Shown here one piece after another: positions 1 to 8,708 of a stretch of 24,694 nt of DNA. The stretch comes from a virus (taxonomy: Duplodnaviria > Caudoviricetes), in the IMG/VR virus record IMGVR_UViG_3300030059_001563, positions 1 to 24,694 of that record. One strand, 5' to 3'. The translations under genes were made by a program, and so were the position numbers. How positions within the stretch are numbered: the stretch's first letter is position 1; the number at the start of each line of letters is the position of its first letter. The notes under the pieces are model-generated. The model did no database searches. It saw only the letters and a list, made by a program, of their open reading frames with translations, and was not told the DNA's origin.

Positions 1-32
1 AAATATTAATTACAAAACAAGGAGACACCCTA

Positions 33-1250
33 ATGTCCGAATTAGAACAAACAATTGAAGAACTTGAAGCAGAAGTTCTAGCAGAGCTTGAAGAAGCTGA
101 AGACCCTACAAAAAAGGGTGCTGCTCCTGCTGAAAAGTCTAAAATGAAAAACGATGCGGAAGACACAGGCGCACCTGTTGTTGACCCAGAGCAAAAAGAT
201 GCTCCAGCAAAGAAAATCGCTGCAAAAGCAAAAGAAGTTTCAGGCGATGCTCAACAAAAAGGTGAAGGTTCACCTATGAAACCAGAAAAACTTGCTGCTA
301 GTCACGTTCCAGAGGAAGGTGAAGAGTTAGAAGAAGCCAAAATGTCAAAAGAGATGTTAAAGATGGCAATGCAAAAGAAGATGGAAGGCATGAAAGCCGT
401 TGATCTTAAAGCTGCATATGAAGCAATGATGAAAGATGGTTATCACGAAGAAGCAGACAAGGTTGAAGAAGAAATTTCAGCTGAAAAGAAAGAAGCTATT
501 GACGCTCGTATTAAAGAACTAGACGTTAAAGAAGACGTTAGTGCTCTTATGAGTGGAGAAGACCTTTCTGAAGAATTTAAGACAAAAGCAGCAACTGTTT
601 TTGAAGCTGCAATTAAATCAAAGTTACGTTCAGAAATTGATCGTATCCATGAAGAAGTAACTAGTGAAAAAGAAACAGAACAAGAAACCTTCAAAGAAGA
701 GTTGACTGAGAAGGTTGATACATATCTCAACTACGTTGTAGAGGAATGGACTAAGGAAAATGAGTTGGCAATTGAGCGCGGTTTAAAGGGCGAAATTGCA
801 GAAGACTTCATTTCTGGACTGAAACAGTTGTTTGAGGATCACTATATTGACGTTCCAGACGAAAAATATGACGTTTTGGAAGCACAATCTGAAAAAATTG
901 CAGAATTAGAAGAGAAATTGAATGAGTCAATTCAGAAGAATGTTGAAATGACTGAGGATAATTCTGTATTAGTTCGTGAGCAAGTATTTACTGATGTATC
1001 AGAAGATTTAGCTCAAACAGAAATTGAGAAGTTCAAAAGTCTTGTAGAAGATGTTGACTTTACAGATGAAGGGTCTTTCCGTGAAAAACTCTCCACTCTG
1101 AAAGAAAGTTATTTCCCTAAAGTTAAGCCTGCTACAAGGGCACGAGCAATAGATGATGAAGATGGTGGCACCGCACAGGACATTGATACGACAGATAGTA
1201 TGCGAAAGTATATGTCTGCTATCAGTCGTGATCAAAAGGCGAGTGCATAA
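33..1250 (+). CDS. gp22: Prohead core scaffold protein (T4 gp22-like)
   Basis: 405 aa, very E/K-rich coiled-coil protein. Contains LSEEFKTKAATVFEAA, YLNYVVEEW..ENELAIERG and LKESYF, typical of T4-like gp22. SD AGGAG precedes the ATG. Lies directly upstream of the capsid gene. Confidence 0.93.
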   Translation: MSELEQTIEELEAEVLAELEEAEDPTKKGAAPAEKSKMKNDAEDTGAPVVDPEQKDAPAKKIAAKAKEVSGDAQQKGEGSPMKPEKLAASHVPEEGEELEEAKMSKEMLKMAMQKKMEGMKAVDLKAAYEAMMKDGYHEEADKVEEEISAEKKEAIDARIKELDVKEDVSALMSGEDLSEEFKTKAATVFEAAIKSKLRSEIDRIHEEVTSEKETEQETFKEELTEKVDTYLNYVVEEWTKENELAIERGLKGEIAEDFISGLKQLFEDHYIDVPDEKYDVLEAQSEKIAELEEKLNESIQKNVEMTEDNSVLVREQVFTDVSEDLAQTEIEKFKSLVEDVDFTDEGSFREKLSTLKESYFPKVKPATRARAIDDEDGGTAQDIDTTDSMRKYMSAISRDQKASA

Positions 1251-1292
1251 GTTAATATAATTAAAAAGATGTAAATAATAAAGGAGAAACTA

Positions 1293-2630
1293 ATGTTTCA
1301 GACAGAACATCTACAAGAAAAGTGGCAGCCAGTCCTAGAACATCCCGATCTTAATAAGATCGATGATTCTTACAAGCGGGCAGTTACTACTCTCATCTTA
1401 GAGAACCAAGAAAAAGCAATGCGAGAAGATTCTAATTTTCTTTCAGAAGCTGCACCAACTAACAGCACTGGTGGACAAGTATCAAATTGGGACCCAATTC
1501 TAATTTCATTAGTTCGTCGTGCAATGCCAAACCTCATTGCTTATGATGTTTGTGGTGTTCAACCAATGACTGGGCCAACCGGCTTGATCTTTGCAATGCG
1601 TGCTAAAGCAGCATCTTCTGATGGTGCAGAATTGTTGGTAGATGAGCCAGACACAGGACTTTCCAATGATGACGCTGCTGGTGATTTAACATCATCTGCA
1701 ATGACAGGTTCTAACCCAAAGTTGTTAAACGACAGTCCAGCTGGTATCTACTTGTCACCAACTGGTATGACTACAGCACAAGGTGAAGCCCTTGGTGATG
1801 CATCTGCAAACTCTTTTGCAGAGATGGCATTCAGCATTGAGAAAACAACAGTTACTGCTGTTTCTCGCGCACTTAAAGCTGAGTACACAATGGAACTTGC
1901 TCAAGACCTTAAAGCAATTCATGGTTTAGACGCAGAAACAGAATTGGCCAATATGTTGTCAACTGAAATTCTTGCTGAAATCAACCGTGAAGTTGTTCGT
2001 TCACTTTACATCACGGCGGTGCCTGGTGCTCAAGTTAACACAACAACATCTGGAACTTTCGATCTTGACACCGACTCTAATGGTCGTTGGTCAGTTGAGA
2101 AGTTTAAAGGTTTGATGTTCCAAATCGAACGTGATGCCAATGCGATTGGTCAACAGACTCGTCGTGGTAAGGGTAACATCATCATCTGTTCCGCTGATGT
2201 TGCTTCTGCACTTCAGATGGCTGGTGTTCTTGATTACACACCTGCCCTCAACAACAACTTGAATGTTGATGATACATCCACCACATTTGCTGGTGTTATG
2301 AATGGTCGATATAAAGTATATGTTGATCCATATTCTGCTAACGTAGCTGCTAATCAGTACTATGTTGCTGGATATAAAGGTTCTTCACCTTACGATGCTG
2401 GTTTCTTCTACTGCCCATACGTTCCATTACAAATGGTTCGCGCAGTTGGTGAAAACACATTCCAACCAAAAATTGGATTTAAGACACGTTACGGAATGGC
2501 TGCAAACCCATTCGCCGCTGCTGGAGCCGCTTCTGCTGGTTTCCCTGCATCTGGTCTTAACTCTGATGCATCTCTTGATGCAAATACGAACTCTTACTAT
2601 CGTAGGGTTAAAGTTAACAACCTTATGTAA
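1293..2630 (+). CDS. gp23: Major capsid protein (T4 gp23)
   Basis: Motifs KWQPVL, LVRRAMPNLIAYDVCGVQPMTGPTGLIFAMR, SRALKAEYTMELAQDLKAIHGLDAE, FYCPYVPLQM and FQPKIGFKTRYG. SD AAGGAG. Confidence 0.99.
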   Translation: MFQTEHLQEKWQPVLEHPDLNKIDDSYKRAVTTLILENQEKAMREDSNFLSEAAPTNSTGGQVSNWDPILISLVRRAMPNLIAYDVCGVQPMTGPTGLIFAMRAKAASSDGAELLVDEPDTGLSNDDAAGDLTSSAMTGSNPKLLNDSPAGIYLSPTGMTTAQGEALGDASANSFAEMAFSIEKTTVTAVSRALKAEYTMELAQDLKAIHGLDAETELANMLSTEILAEINREVVRSLYITAVPGAQVNTTTSGTFDLDTDSNGRWSVEKFKGLMFQIERDANAIGQQTRRGKGNIIICSADVASALQMAGVLDYTPALNNNLNVDDTSTTFAGVMNGRYKVYVDPYSANVAANQYYVAGYKGSSPYDAGFFYCPYVPLQMVRAVGENTFQPKIGFKTRYGMAANPFAAAGAASAGFPASGLNSDASLDANTNSYYRRVKVNNLM

Positions 2631-2654
2631 AATAAGAAACTTGACTATAAACTT

Positions 2655-2683
2655 GGGGGAGCACTTTGCTCCCCCTTTTTTTT
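2655..2683 (+). terminator. Rho-independent terminator after gp23
   Basis: GGGGGAGCA-CTT-TGCTCCCCC 9-bp stem followed by 8 T. Confidence 0.92.
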
Positions 2684-2685
2684 GT

Positions 2686-2693
2686 TATAAATA
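2686..2693 (+). promoter_or_regulatory. T4-type late (gp55-dependent) promoter
   Basis: Exact TATAAATA immediately after the terminator, 17 nt before the gp3 ATG at 2711. Confidence 0.85.
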
Positions 2694-2710
2694 GTATTAG
2701 AGGTAGATAT

Positions 2711-3292
2711 ATGGCCACAATAAAAACACAACCAGATAAATTAGATTACGCAAGTCCTACTCAGTTTAAGTTTGGTATTCACCAGTTACCAAAAGTAGAG
2801 TTTTTCTCTACTGCTGCAACTATACCATCAATTACGTTGTCTGATGTAATAATGCCAACTCCATTTAAATCTATTCCAATGATGGGTGATCAACTAACAT
2901 ATGACAATCTTTCAGTATCTTTTATAGTTGATGAATTTCTAGAAAACTATTTAAGTATTCATGAGTGGATGACTGCTATTGGTTTCCCAAAAAATAGAAA
3001 ACAGTTTAGTCAATTTAAATCTAATACATCTAATACACCTTCAGTTAGCGCTGTTAAATCTAATGATATTGGTGATGTACAAAAACCAACTTCTGTAAAT
3101 GCACTTTTTTCTGATGCGACACTTACTATTCTATCAAATAAAAATAATCCAATAGTAAACGTATTTTTTAGAGACATATATCCAGTTGCAATGACAGGGT
3201 TATCTTATAATCAAGCTGCAACAGATGTTGAATATTTAACAGCAGAAATTACATTTGCATATCAGCTTTATGAAATTGAAACAATTAGTTGA
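2711..3292 (+). CDS. gp3: Tail completion / tail tube terminator (T4 gp3-like, tail-tube fold)
   Basis: Motifs ASPTQFKF..LPKVEFF, GDQLTYDNLSVSFIVDE.LENY..IHEWM and SDATLTILSNKNNP. The position after gp23 matches marine T4-like phages. Start moved from 2666 to ATG 2711 (SD GAGG at 2700-2703, downstream of the terminator and late promoter). Confidence 0.8.
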   Translation: MATIKTQPDKLDYASPTQFKFGIHQLPKVEFFSTAATIPSITLSDVIMPTPFKSIPMMGDQLTYDNLSVSFIVDEFLENYLSIHEWMTAIGFPKNRKQFSQFKSNTSNTPSVSAVKSNDIGDVQKPTSVNALFSDATLTILSNKNNPIVNVFFRDIYPVAMTGLSYNQAATDVEYLTAEITFAYQLYEIETIS

Positions 3293-3300
3293 TATAAATA
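3293..3300 (+). promoter_or_regulatory. T4-type late promoter (upstream copy)
   Basis: Exact TATAAATA right after the gp3 stop codon. Confidence 0.8.
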
Positions 3301-3305
3301 ACTAC

Positions 3306-3423
3306 GAGCAGAGATTTGATAAGCTACAACAATATATCAAATCTTAGACTTAATGATCTAGTGACTACTCGTTGCAACTCACTAGGGTCAATATAAATAA
3401 AAGAGAGTAATCAAACTCTGCTC
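3306..3423 (+). ncRNA. Putative structured RNA / cis-regulatory leader of uvsY
   Basis: GAGCAGAG(3306-13)/CTCTGCTC(3416-23) closing stem; AGATTTGATA(3312-21)/TATCAAATCT(3335-44) hairpin; TGATCTAGTGA(3354-64)/TCACTAGGGTCA(3379-90) hairpin. Starts about 5 nt after a late promoter. Confidence 0.65.
3392..3399 (+). promoter_or_regulatory. T4-type late promoter (internal copy)
   Basis: Second exact TATAAATA inside the structured leader, 45 nt before the uvsY ATG. Confidence 0.65.
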
Positions 3424-3444
3424 ACTTTTAAAAGAAAGTATATA

Positions 3445-3876
3445 ATGACATTAGACGAATTGAAAATACAAGCATCTTCCGATTTACCTATCACTGATCA
3501 AGAACATTTAGATCAAGAATCATTCAGAAATCAAGAAATTAAATCAAAATGGTTAGACTATAAAACACGATATGAACTTTTACTCGTAAGGAATAAAGGC
3601 GACTATCAGAAATTGTATAGAGATAAATGGGAATACTATGGTGGTAAATCAGATGCAAAAGTTTATGCAAACAAACCATTTGATTTAAAAGTTCTAAAAA
3701 CTGATTTAGCTATGTACATAAATTCAGATGATGATATTATAGAACTTGGTTTAAAAATAAGTTATCTAGAAATTGTTATAAAATATATTGATGGTGTTAT
3801 TAAGTCTATAGATAATCGTGGTTGGGATGTTAGTCATGCTATTAACTGGAAGAAATTTGAAGCTGGAATGGTATAA
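3445..3876 (+). CDS. uvsY: Recombination mediator protein UvsY
   Basis: 143 aa with KWEYYGGK, PFDLKVLKTD..YI.SD, RGWDV..AI.WKKFEAG. Upstream of uvsW as in T4-like phages. Confidence 0.92.
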   Translation: MTLDELKIQASSDLPITDQEHLDQESFRNQEIKSKWLDYKTRYELLLVRNKGDYQKLYRDKWEYYGGKSDAKVYANKPFDLKVLKTDLAMYINSDDDIIELGLKISYLEIVIKYIDGVIKSIDNRGWDVSHAINWKKFEAGMV

Positions 3877-4418
3877 TGGATGTACAAGACTACATCAAAA
3901 TTTATGAAGATATAGTAGATAATAATTTATGTGATGCTATTATGGTTGCAGATTTAGATTGGAAACAATCTTCTTTTTCAAGTCACGAAAAGATATACAA
4001 AAATTCTAAAGACCGTGTAATTATGGATGATGTTTGGATTGAGAAAGATAGTAATTTTTATAATCCACTTAAAGAATGTTTTGTGCAAGCAATTCGTCAA
4101 TATGAATCTAAATTTCCATTATTTTCTTGTGAACATATCACAGATTTTCGTATAAATAAATATAGTCAAGGTGGTTTTATGTCTAGTCATATTGATAATA
4201 TTCATCACAGCCATGGACAAAAATGGGGATATCCTCACGTTTCAGTTTTACTTTATTTAAATGATAATTATGAAGGTGGAGAATTTGTTGTTGCTGATAA
4301 AGAAATTAAACCAAAGAAGGGTTCGTCAATTATTTTTCCTTCTAATTTTATGTATCCACATGAAGCAAAACCTGTTACTAATGGTACAAGATTTTCGGTA
4401 GTTGCATGGTTGATGTAG
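3876..4418 (+). CDS. 2OG-Fe(II) oxygenase (prolyl 4-hydroxylase-like)
   Basis: HID (HxD) ... LLYLNDNYEGGEF ... FPSNFMYPHEAKPVTNGTRFSVVAW: HxD...H iron triad plus RxS 2OG-binding motif. Confidence 0.9.
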   Translation: MDVQDYIKIYEDIVDNNLCDAIMVADLDWKQSSFSSHEKIYKNSKDRVIMDDVWIEKDSNFYNPLKECFVQAIRQYESKFPLFSCEHITDFRINKYSQGGFMSSHIDNIHHSHGQKWGYPHVSVLLYLNDNYEGGEFVVADKEIKPKKGSSIIFPSNFMYPHEAKPVTNGTRFSVVAWLM

Positions 4419-5023
4419 TATCACACACTTTATTTCCTACAAAAATTTATGAGTTTGAGTATAAACCTGATTCTTATGAGTTTATTAATATGATGGGATA
4501 TATAGAAACTGAAAATAGTTTTAACTCATTGCACCAGACCGAAGATGATATTCATAACATGTCATTCTTTAAAAAATTTAAAGAATTTATTATTAAGATT
4601 AATAAGAATATTTTAGATGAATTAGATTATGATTATGAGGATATAACAATTACAAATATGTGGGGAAATGTTTTATCAGCTGATAGTTCTACACATTCTC
4701 CTCACACACATTCAAATAATTTTCTTTCTGGAGTTTATTATTTACAGGCAGAAGGTGAAACTGCACCAATTGAGTTTTTTGATCCAAGACCTCAAGCAAG
4801 TATTTCTGTACCTAGAAGATTAAAAAACAATATATATAACTCAAATAAAATACAATTTGATTCTACACAAAATAGGGGATTTATTTTTCCTTCATGGTTG
4901 CAACATTGGGTAGGGCCTAATTATAATAAAAGGATGAGTATATCATGGAACGTACAGGTGAATGGTTACTACGGCGAACCATCAACATTACAAAATGCAT
5001 ATATTAAAAAAGAACGAAGTTAA
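4406..5023 (+). CDS. Putative 2OG-Fe(II) oxygenase (TIGR02466-like family)
   Basis: MWGN...HSPHTHSNNFLSGVYYL...FFDPRP...IFPSWLQHWV...RMSISWN. Confidence 0.85.
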   Translation: MVDVVSHTLFPTKIYEFEYKPDSYEFINMMGYIETENSFNSLHQTEDDIHNMSFFKKFKEFIIKINKNILDELDYDYEDITITNMWGNVLSADSSTHSPHTHSNNFLSGVYYLQAEGETAPIEFFDPRPQASISVPRRLKNNIYNSNKIQFDSTQNRGFIFPSWLQHWVGPNYNKRMSISWNVQVNGYYGEPSTLQNAYIKKERS

Positions 5024-6437
5024 TTTAATTCTTGAAGATTTGGAACCACACGAAAAGGAAGAACTTTGTTCCTTCTTTACGTTTGAAGTACCTGGCGCTA
5101 AATTTATGCCACAGTTTCGTAATCGTATGTGGGATGGTAAGATACGTTTATTCTCTCCAGCTACTGGTGAGATATATTTAGGGTTACTTCCATATGTCAA
5201 GAAATTTTGTGATAGTAATAGAATTTTATATACAATAGAAGAAGGGGTAGAAAGTGGTAGGAATATTATACGTAAAGACGTTGGAGGCTTTATCAAAAGC
5301 CTCAAACCAAAATCGCAAGGAAAAAGTCTCAAAATTAGAGAATATCAAATTGATGCTACTTATCATGCTATTTCTAATAATCGGGCTCTTCTTGTTTCTC
5401 CCACTGCTTCTGGTAAGTCATTAATAATATATTCTCTGGTTCGTTATTATCAACTTAAAGGTTTAAAGACTCTTATACTTGTACCTACCACTTCATTAGT
5501 AGAACAAATGTATACAGACTTTGAAGATTATGGATGGAGCTCTGGTACATATTGTCAAAAGATATATCAAGGATATACAACAAAGGTAAATAAAGATGTT
5601 GTTATATCAACATGGCAATCTATCTATAAAATGCCAAGAAAGTATTTTGATCAATTTGGGTGTGTAATCGGTGATGAGGCTCATATGTTTAAAGCAAAAT
5701 CTCTTACTGGTATTATGACTAAGATGCACCACTGTAGGTATAGATTTGGTCTTACAGGGACGTTAGACGGTACACAGACGCATCAGTTAGTACTAGAGGG
5801 ACTATTTGGTGCAGTTGAAAAAGTAGTCACCACAAAAGAACTTATAGATAAAAAAACTCTAGCAGATTTAAAAATTAAATGTATTATACTTAAACACGAA
5901 AATATTAGGGAGAAAATGACTTATGCTGAAGAATTGGAATTTCTTGTTACCAACGAGAAAAGAACTAATTTCGTGGTCAATCTATTACGCCACCTTAACG
6001 GTAATACTCTTTGTTTATTTCAGCTGGTAGAGAAACATGGTAAAATATTAAATGATAAAATGAAAGGTAATGAAAATGTCTATTTTGTATATGGGGGAAC
6101 TGATACTAGTGAAAGGGAAGAGATACGTGGGATGGTTGAAAAACATACTAAATCTACAACTATTGCGTCATATGGCACTTTCAGTACTGGTATTAATATT
6201 CGTAACATTAACAACATCGTGCTCGCAAGTCCATCTAAATCAAAAATACGAGTGTTACAATCAATTGGAAGAGGATTGCGTACATCATCAAATAAAGATT
6301 CCGTTCTAGTATATGATATTGCAGATGATATAAGCTATAATGAAAGACGGAACTTTACTTTAAATCATTTTACAGAACGACTTAACATTTATAATGAAGA
6401 GCAATTTGATTATGATATTAGTAAAGTGAAGTTGTAG
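4995..6437 (+). CDS. uvsW: UvsW SF2 DNA helicase
   Basis: FTFEVPGAKFMP..RNRMWDGKIRLF, Walker A SPTASGKS, DEAH, GLTGT, QSIGRGLR. Start probably ATG 4995 (MHILKKNEV) rather than 4962. Confidence 0.97.
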   Translation: MHILKKNEVNLILEDLEPHEKEELCSFFTFEVPGAKFMPQFRNRMWDGKIRLFSPATGEIYLGLLPYVKKFCDSNRILYTIEEGVESGRNIIRKDVGGFIKSLKPKSQGKSLKIREYQIDATYHAISNNRALLVSPTASGKSLIIYSLVRYYQLKGLKTLILVPTTSLVEQMYTDFEDYGWSSGTYCQKIYQGYTTKVNKDVVISTWQSIYKMPRKYFDQFGCVIGDEAHMFKAKSLTGIMTKMHHCRYRFGLTGTLDGTQTHQLVLEGLFGAVEKVVTTKELIDKKTLADLKIKCIILKHENIREKMTYAEELEFLVTNEKRTNFVVNLLRHLNGNTLCLFQLVEKHGKILNDKMKGNENVYFVYGGTDTSEREEIRGMVEKHTKSTTIASYGTFSTGINIRNINNIVLASPSKSKIRVLQSIGRGLRTSSNKDSVLVYDIADDISYNERRNFTLNHFTERLNIYNEEQFDYDISKVKL

Positions 6438-6442
6438 AGAGA

Positions 6443-6450
6443 CATAAATA
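6443..6450 (+). promoter_or_regulatory. Probable late promoter variant
   Basis: CATAAATA (7/8 match to TATAAATA) in the intergenic space after uvsW. Confidence 0.5.
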
Positions 6451-6512
6451 TAAAAAAAGAGAATGAGGTAAAATAAAAATTATGAGTAAATTAGCTGGTA
6501 TGGGAGAATAAT

Positions 6513-6938
6513 ATGCACAATTCTTTTAGAAATGATACAACATACAAAATTATTAAATTATCAAATGGTGAAACTATAATTGCATCTTTGATTAATGAAG
6601 GAAAAAATAGCATAGAAATACAAAATCCTTTATTGATGACTATTGATAAACGTAGTGCAGAATCATCAAATCATGATTCTTTAAATTTAAGTCGTTGGAT
6701 AGAACCATTTACGGATCAGAAGTATTTTGATATCACAAAATCTACGATTATAACTACAGCTGTAGTATCAGCAGGATTAACTAGTTACTATGAACATTTT
6801 TTACGTAAAATGGATAAATGGATAGACGATAATGATGAACAAGAATTTGAATCATTAGAAGAAGAAGAATGTACCGATGAAGAAATATATGATGAATTAC
6901 TATATTCAATTGAAACATCTAATAAATCTATTCATTAA
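6513..6938 (+). CDS. Conserved T4-like hypothetical protein (possible Sm-like beta fold, acidic tail)
   Basis: KIIKLSNGETIIA...NPL...L.RWI.PF pattern resembles the small gene usually found between uvsW and gp55 in marine T4-like phages. SD GGAGA at 6503-6507. Confidence 0.7.
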   Translation: MHNSFRNDTTYKIIKLSNGETIIASLINEGKNSIEIQNPLLMTIDKRSAESSNHDSLNLSRWIEPFTDQKYFDITKSTIITTAVVSAGLTSYYEHFLRKMDKWIDDNDEQEFESLEEEECTDEEIYDELLYSIETSNKSIH

Positions 6939-6967
6939 TCTTATTTCTTTTAACCAAGGACATAGAT

Positions 6968-6996
6968 AATATAACACTATTTTTTACCTATGTCAA
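6968..6996 (-). promoter_or_regulatory. Antisense sigma70-type promoter
   Basis: Minus strand reads TTGACA-17 nt-TATATT with an extended -10 TG (TTGACA TAGGTAAAAAATAGTGT TATATT). Confidence 0.6.
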
Positions 6997-7031
6997 TCCT
7001 CTTATTTAAAAAAGATAATTTTATAAGTTCC

Positions 7032-7060
7032 TTGACAAAAGGTGCTCAATAGTCTATATT
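7032..7060 (+). promoter_or_regulatory. Sigma70-type early promoter for gp55
   Basis: TTGACA(7032-37)-17 nt-TATATT(7055-60). SD AAGGAG follows at 7079-7084. Confidence 0.8.
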
Positions 7061-7095
7061 AGAAATAATGATACTCATAAGGAGATTTAATTCTA

Positions 7096-7662
7096 ATGGC
7101 TGAAAAGAAAGCTAAACCACACTACGTAGATAATAAAGTTTTTTTGCAAGCAATGGTCGATTGGCGAGAGACTTGGACAGACGATAAAAAAGAAACACCT
7201 AAACCGCCTGTTAGTAATTATATTGGTGAGTGTTTTTTAAAGATTGCAACTCATTTAGGATACAGACCTAACTTCATAAATTATACTTATAGAGATGAAA
7301 TGGTTTCTGATGGTATTGAAAACTGTTTGCAATATGCACAGAACTTTAATCCAGAGAAGTCTTCAAATCCTTTTGCGTATTTTACACAAATTATATATTA
7401 TGCCTTCTTGCGAAGAATTCAAAAAGAAAAGAAGCAGACTCATGTTAGAAACAAGCTAATAGAAACTTCAAGTTATCAATCGTGGGTTACTATGGAAGGT
7501 GATGATACTGGTTATTCAGTTGGTGGATTTGATCCTACAGTGATGCTTCCAGATGAAGATGTTTATAAAACAAAGAAAAAGGTTCCTGTTGAAAAAAAGG
7601 GACTAGAAAAATTTATGGATGATGAAATTGATAAAATAGCAGTAATAGGCGAAGATCGTTGA
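7096..7662 (+). CDS. gp55: Late transcription sigma factor (T4 gp55)
   Basis: HYVDNK.F, YIGECFLKIATHL..RPNF.NYTYRDEMVSDGIENC, FNPEKSSNPFAYFTQIIYYAFLRRIQKEKKQ. Confidence 0.97.
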   Translation: MAEKKAKPHYVDNKVFLQAMVDWRETWTDDKKETPKPPVSNYIGECFLKIATHLGYRPNFINYTYRDEMVSDGIENCLQYAQNFNPEKSSNPFAYFTQIIYYAFLRRIQKEKKQTHVRNKLIETSSYQSWVTMEGDDTGYSVGGFDPTVMLPDEDVYKTKKKVPVEKKGLEKFMDDEIDKIAVIGEDR

Positions 7663-8708
7663 AAATTGCGATTATAACTGATACACATTTTGGAGCTAGA
7701 AACGATAATCAAAACTTTAGTGATTTCTTTTTTAAATTTTATGATGATATATTTTTTCCTACATTAGTAGAAAGAGGTATAACTACTTGTATCCATATGG
7801 GTGATGTTATGGATAGGCGTAAGTATGTCTCATACAAAACTGCTACAGACTTTAGACAAGGTTTCATAAATCGTTTTAAAGAACTTAACATAGATTTACA
7901 TATTACAGTTGGTAATCACGATACGTATTATAAAAATACAAGTGAAGTAAATTCTATGGAAGAACTTGCTGGATATGGAACAATTTATACTGGGCCTGAA
8001 GTTATAGAGTTTGATGGAACACCTATATTATTAATGCCTTGGATTAATGCAAATAACTATGATCAATCTATAAACGCATTAAAGACAGCAAAAGCAAATA
8101 TTCTTATGGGACATTTAGAAATTTCTGGTTTTGCAATGTCACAAGGAATGGTTAATTCCGAAGGTTGGGATAAAGAAAGTTTTAATAGATTTGAAACTGT
8201 ATTTAGTGGCCACTTTCATCACAAAAATGATGACGGTCAAATATATTATTTGGGAACACCTTATGAAATTTATTGGAATGATTGTGATGACCCTAAAGGA
8301 TTTCATATCTTTGATACTGCAACTAGAGAACTGGAACGTATAGTAAATCCATACACATTATTTAAAAAGATTTACTATGACGATTCTCAAAATGATTACA
8401 GCAAGCATGATGTTGAAAAATATAAAGATCATTATGTAAAAGTAATTGTAGTAAACAAAAAAGATTTATATGCATTTGATAAATTTACAGATAAACTTTT
8501 AAGAGCAGATTGCCACGAAGTAAAGATAATCGAAGACTTTAGTGAACTTGATGCAAGTAATGTATCAGATGATATTGTGAATAACACAGAAGACACTATA
8601 ACACTACTTGATAAGTATATTGATGAACTTGATATTACTCTTAGTAAAGATAGACTCAAAACTACTATGAAGAGTTTATATAACGAGGCTCAGGACTTAG
8701 AACTTTGA
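7659..8708 (+). CDS. gp47: Recombination endonuclease subunit (Mre11/SbcD-like, T4 gp47)
   Basis: Phosphoesterase motifs DTHFG, GDVMD, GNHD, GHLE, SGHFH. TTG start overlaps the gp55 stop. Confidence 0.96.
   Translation: MKIAIITDTHFGARNDNQNFSDFFFKFYDDIFFPTLVERGITTCIHMGDVMDRRKYVSYKTATDFRQGFINRFKELNIDLHITVGNHDTYYKNTSEVNSMEELAGYGTIYTGPEVIEFDGTPILLMPWINANNYDQSINALKTAKANILMGHLEISGFAMSQGMVNSEGWDKESFNRFETVFSGHFHHKNDDGQIYYLGTPYEIYWNDCDDPKGFHIFDTATRELERIVNPYTLFKKIYYDDSQNDYSKHDVEKYKDHYVKVIVVNKKDLYAFDKFTDKLLRADCHEVKIIEDFSELDASNVSDDIVNNTEDTITLLDKYIDELDITLSKDRLKTTMKSLYNEAQDLEL

Noticed and set aside
443-1235. Minus-strand ORFs 443-730 and 1008-1235
   Set aside because: Shadow ORFs antisense to gp22, with no motifs or SD.
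2641-2670. TTGACT as a possible -35 box after gp23
   Set aside because: No -10 hexamer at 16-18 nt spacing; the region is the terminator stem.
2362-2694. 110-aa alternate-frame ORF overlapping the gp23 end
   Set aside because: Runs through the capsid gene and the terminator and has no recognisable features.
3306-3423. Possible tRNA or CRISPR-like repeat in the structured intergenic region
   Set aside because: No cloverleaf, T-loop (TTCGA) or CCA end, and no repeat-spacer periodicity. No tRNA, CRISPR array, integrase, transposase or homing endonuclease was seen in the window.
6482-6511. 9-codon mini-ORF MSKLAGMGE with upstream GAGGT
   Set aside because: SD spacing is long (12 nt) and the ORF is too short to support. 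The downstream gene has its own SD.
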